From positions 145,426 through 209,425 of the forward strand of contig NIVC01000716.1 in the NCBI GenBank assembly GCA_002269645.1: DNA of 64,000 nt, given 5' to 3'. Under the pieces are notes generated by a model. The model was not told the origin of the DNA and did not search any database. It saw only the letters and a list, made by a program, of their open reading frames with translations. This stretch comes from Macrostomum lignano. Taxonomy: Eukaryota. Positions within the stretch are counted from its first letter, which is position 1. Each line of letters opens with the position of its first letter. The translations under genes were made by a program, and so were the position numbers. Positions 63,739 to 64,000 of the stretch are shown in pieces.

Positions 63739-64000
63739 GTATTGCTCATTTTGATGCAGAGCACAGTTTAGCCCGAGGTCTGGAGGATAACCAGCATCAT
63801 CAACAGCGGCATCGCAATCGGCATCGCGAACGTAATCATCAGCATCGCCAGCACCATCAGCATCATCACCATCACCAACATCAGCATCATCAGCATCAGC
63901 ATTATCAGCCGCCACCGGCAGTGACGCAGACCAGCTTGTGCCAGCGGCTCTGCCTCCTGCACTCTACTCCCGGCGGTTTCAAAGCCTCTCTAAAGCCGTC
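63739..64000 (+). CDS. Candidate His/Gln-rich coding exon, open to window end; likely part of the 61071 gene
   Basis: Acceptor cttctctacag at 63738; phase-1 frame GIAHFDAEHSLARGLEDNQHHQQRHR...HHHHHQHQHHQHQHYQPPP... with no stop. Confidence 0.45.

Overview
Eukaryotic (invertebrate) genomic DNA. GC-rich exons, tandem-repeat-filled introns and TTAGGG-like tracts resemble the flatworm Macrostomum lignano (taxon inferred, not verified). About half of the window is tandem repeat, including an ~18-kb 44/45-bp satellite (15260-33422). Recognisable genes: a DEG/ENaC (FaNaC-like) channel (3547-5901), a Gly/Pro/Tyr-rich protein (minus strand, 34199-34993), a 6-exon gene resembling the plant 'ASCH-domain' protein but lacking the ASCH domain (44357-46761), DCUN1D3-like (53884-55995), TMEM9 (57398-58167) and an unknown gene starting at 61071. 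Mobile elements: a full-length Ty3/Gypsy LTR retrotransposon with apparently identical 315-bp LTRs (37139-43699), a tRNA-derived SINE with a 12-bp TSD and a MITE with an 8-bp TSD. The most striking pattern is that several minisatellites/satellites have units that contain, or copy, the adjacent splice junction or stop codon. Exon models were built by eye from splice consensus and reading-frame phase and need RNA-seq confirmation.
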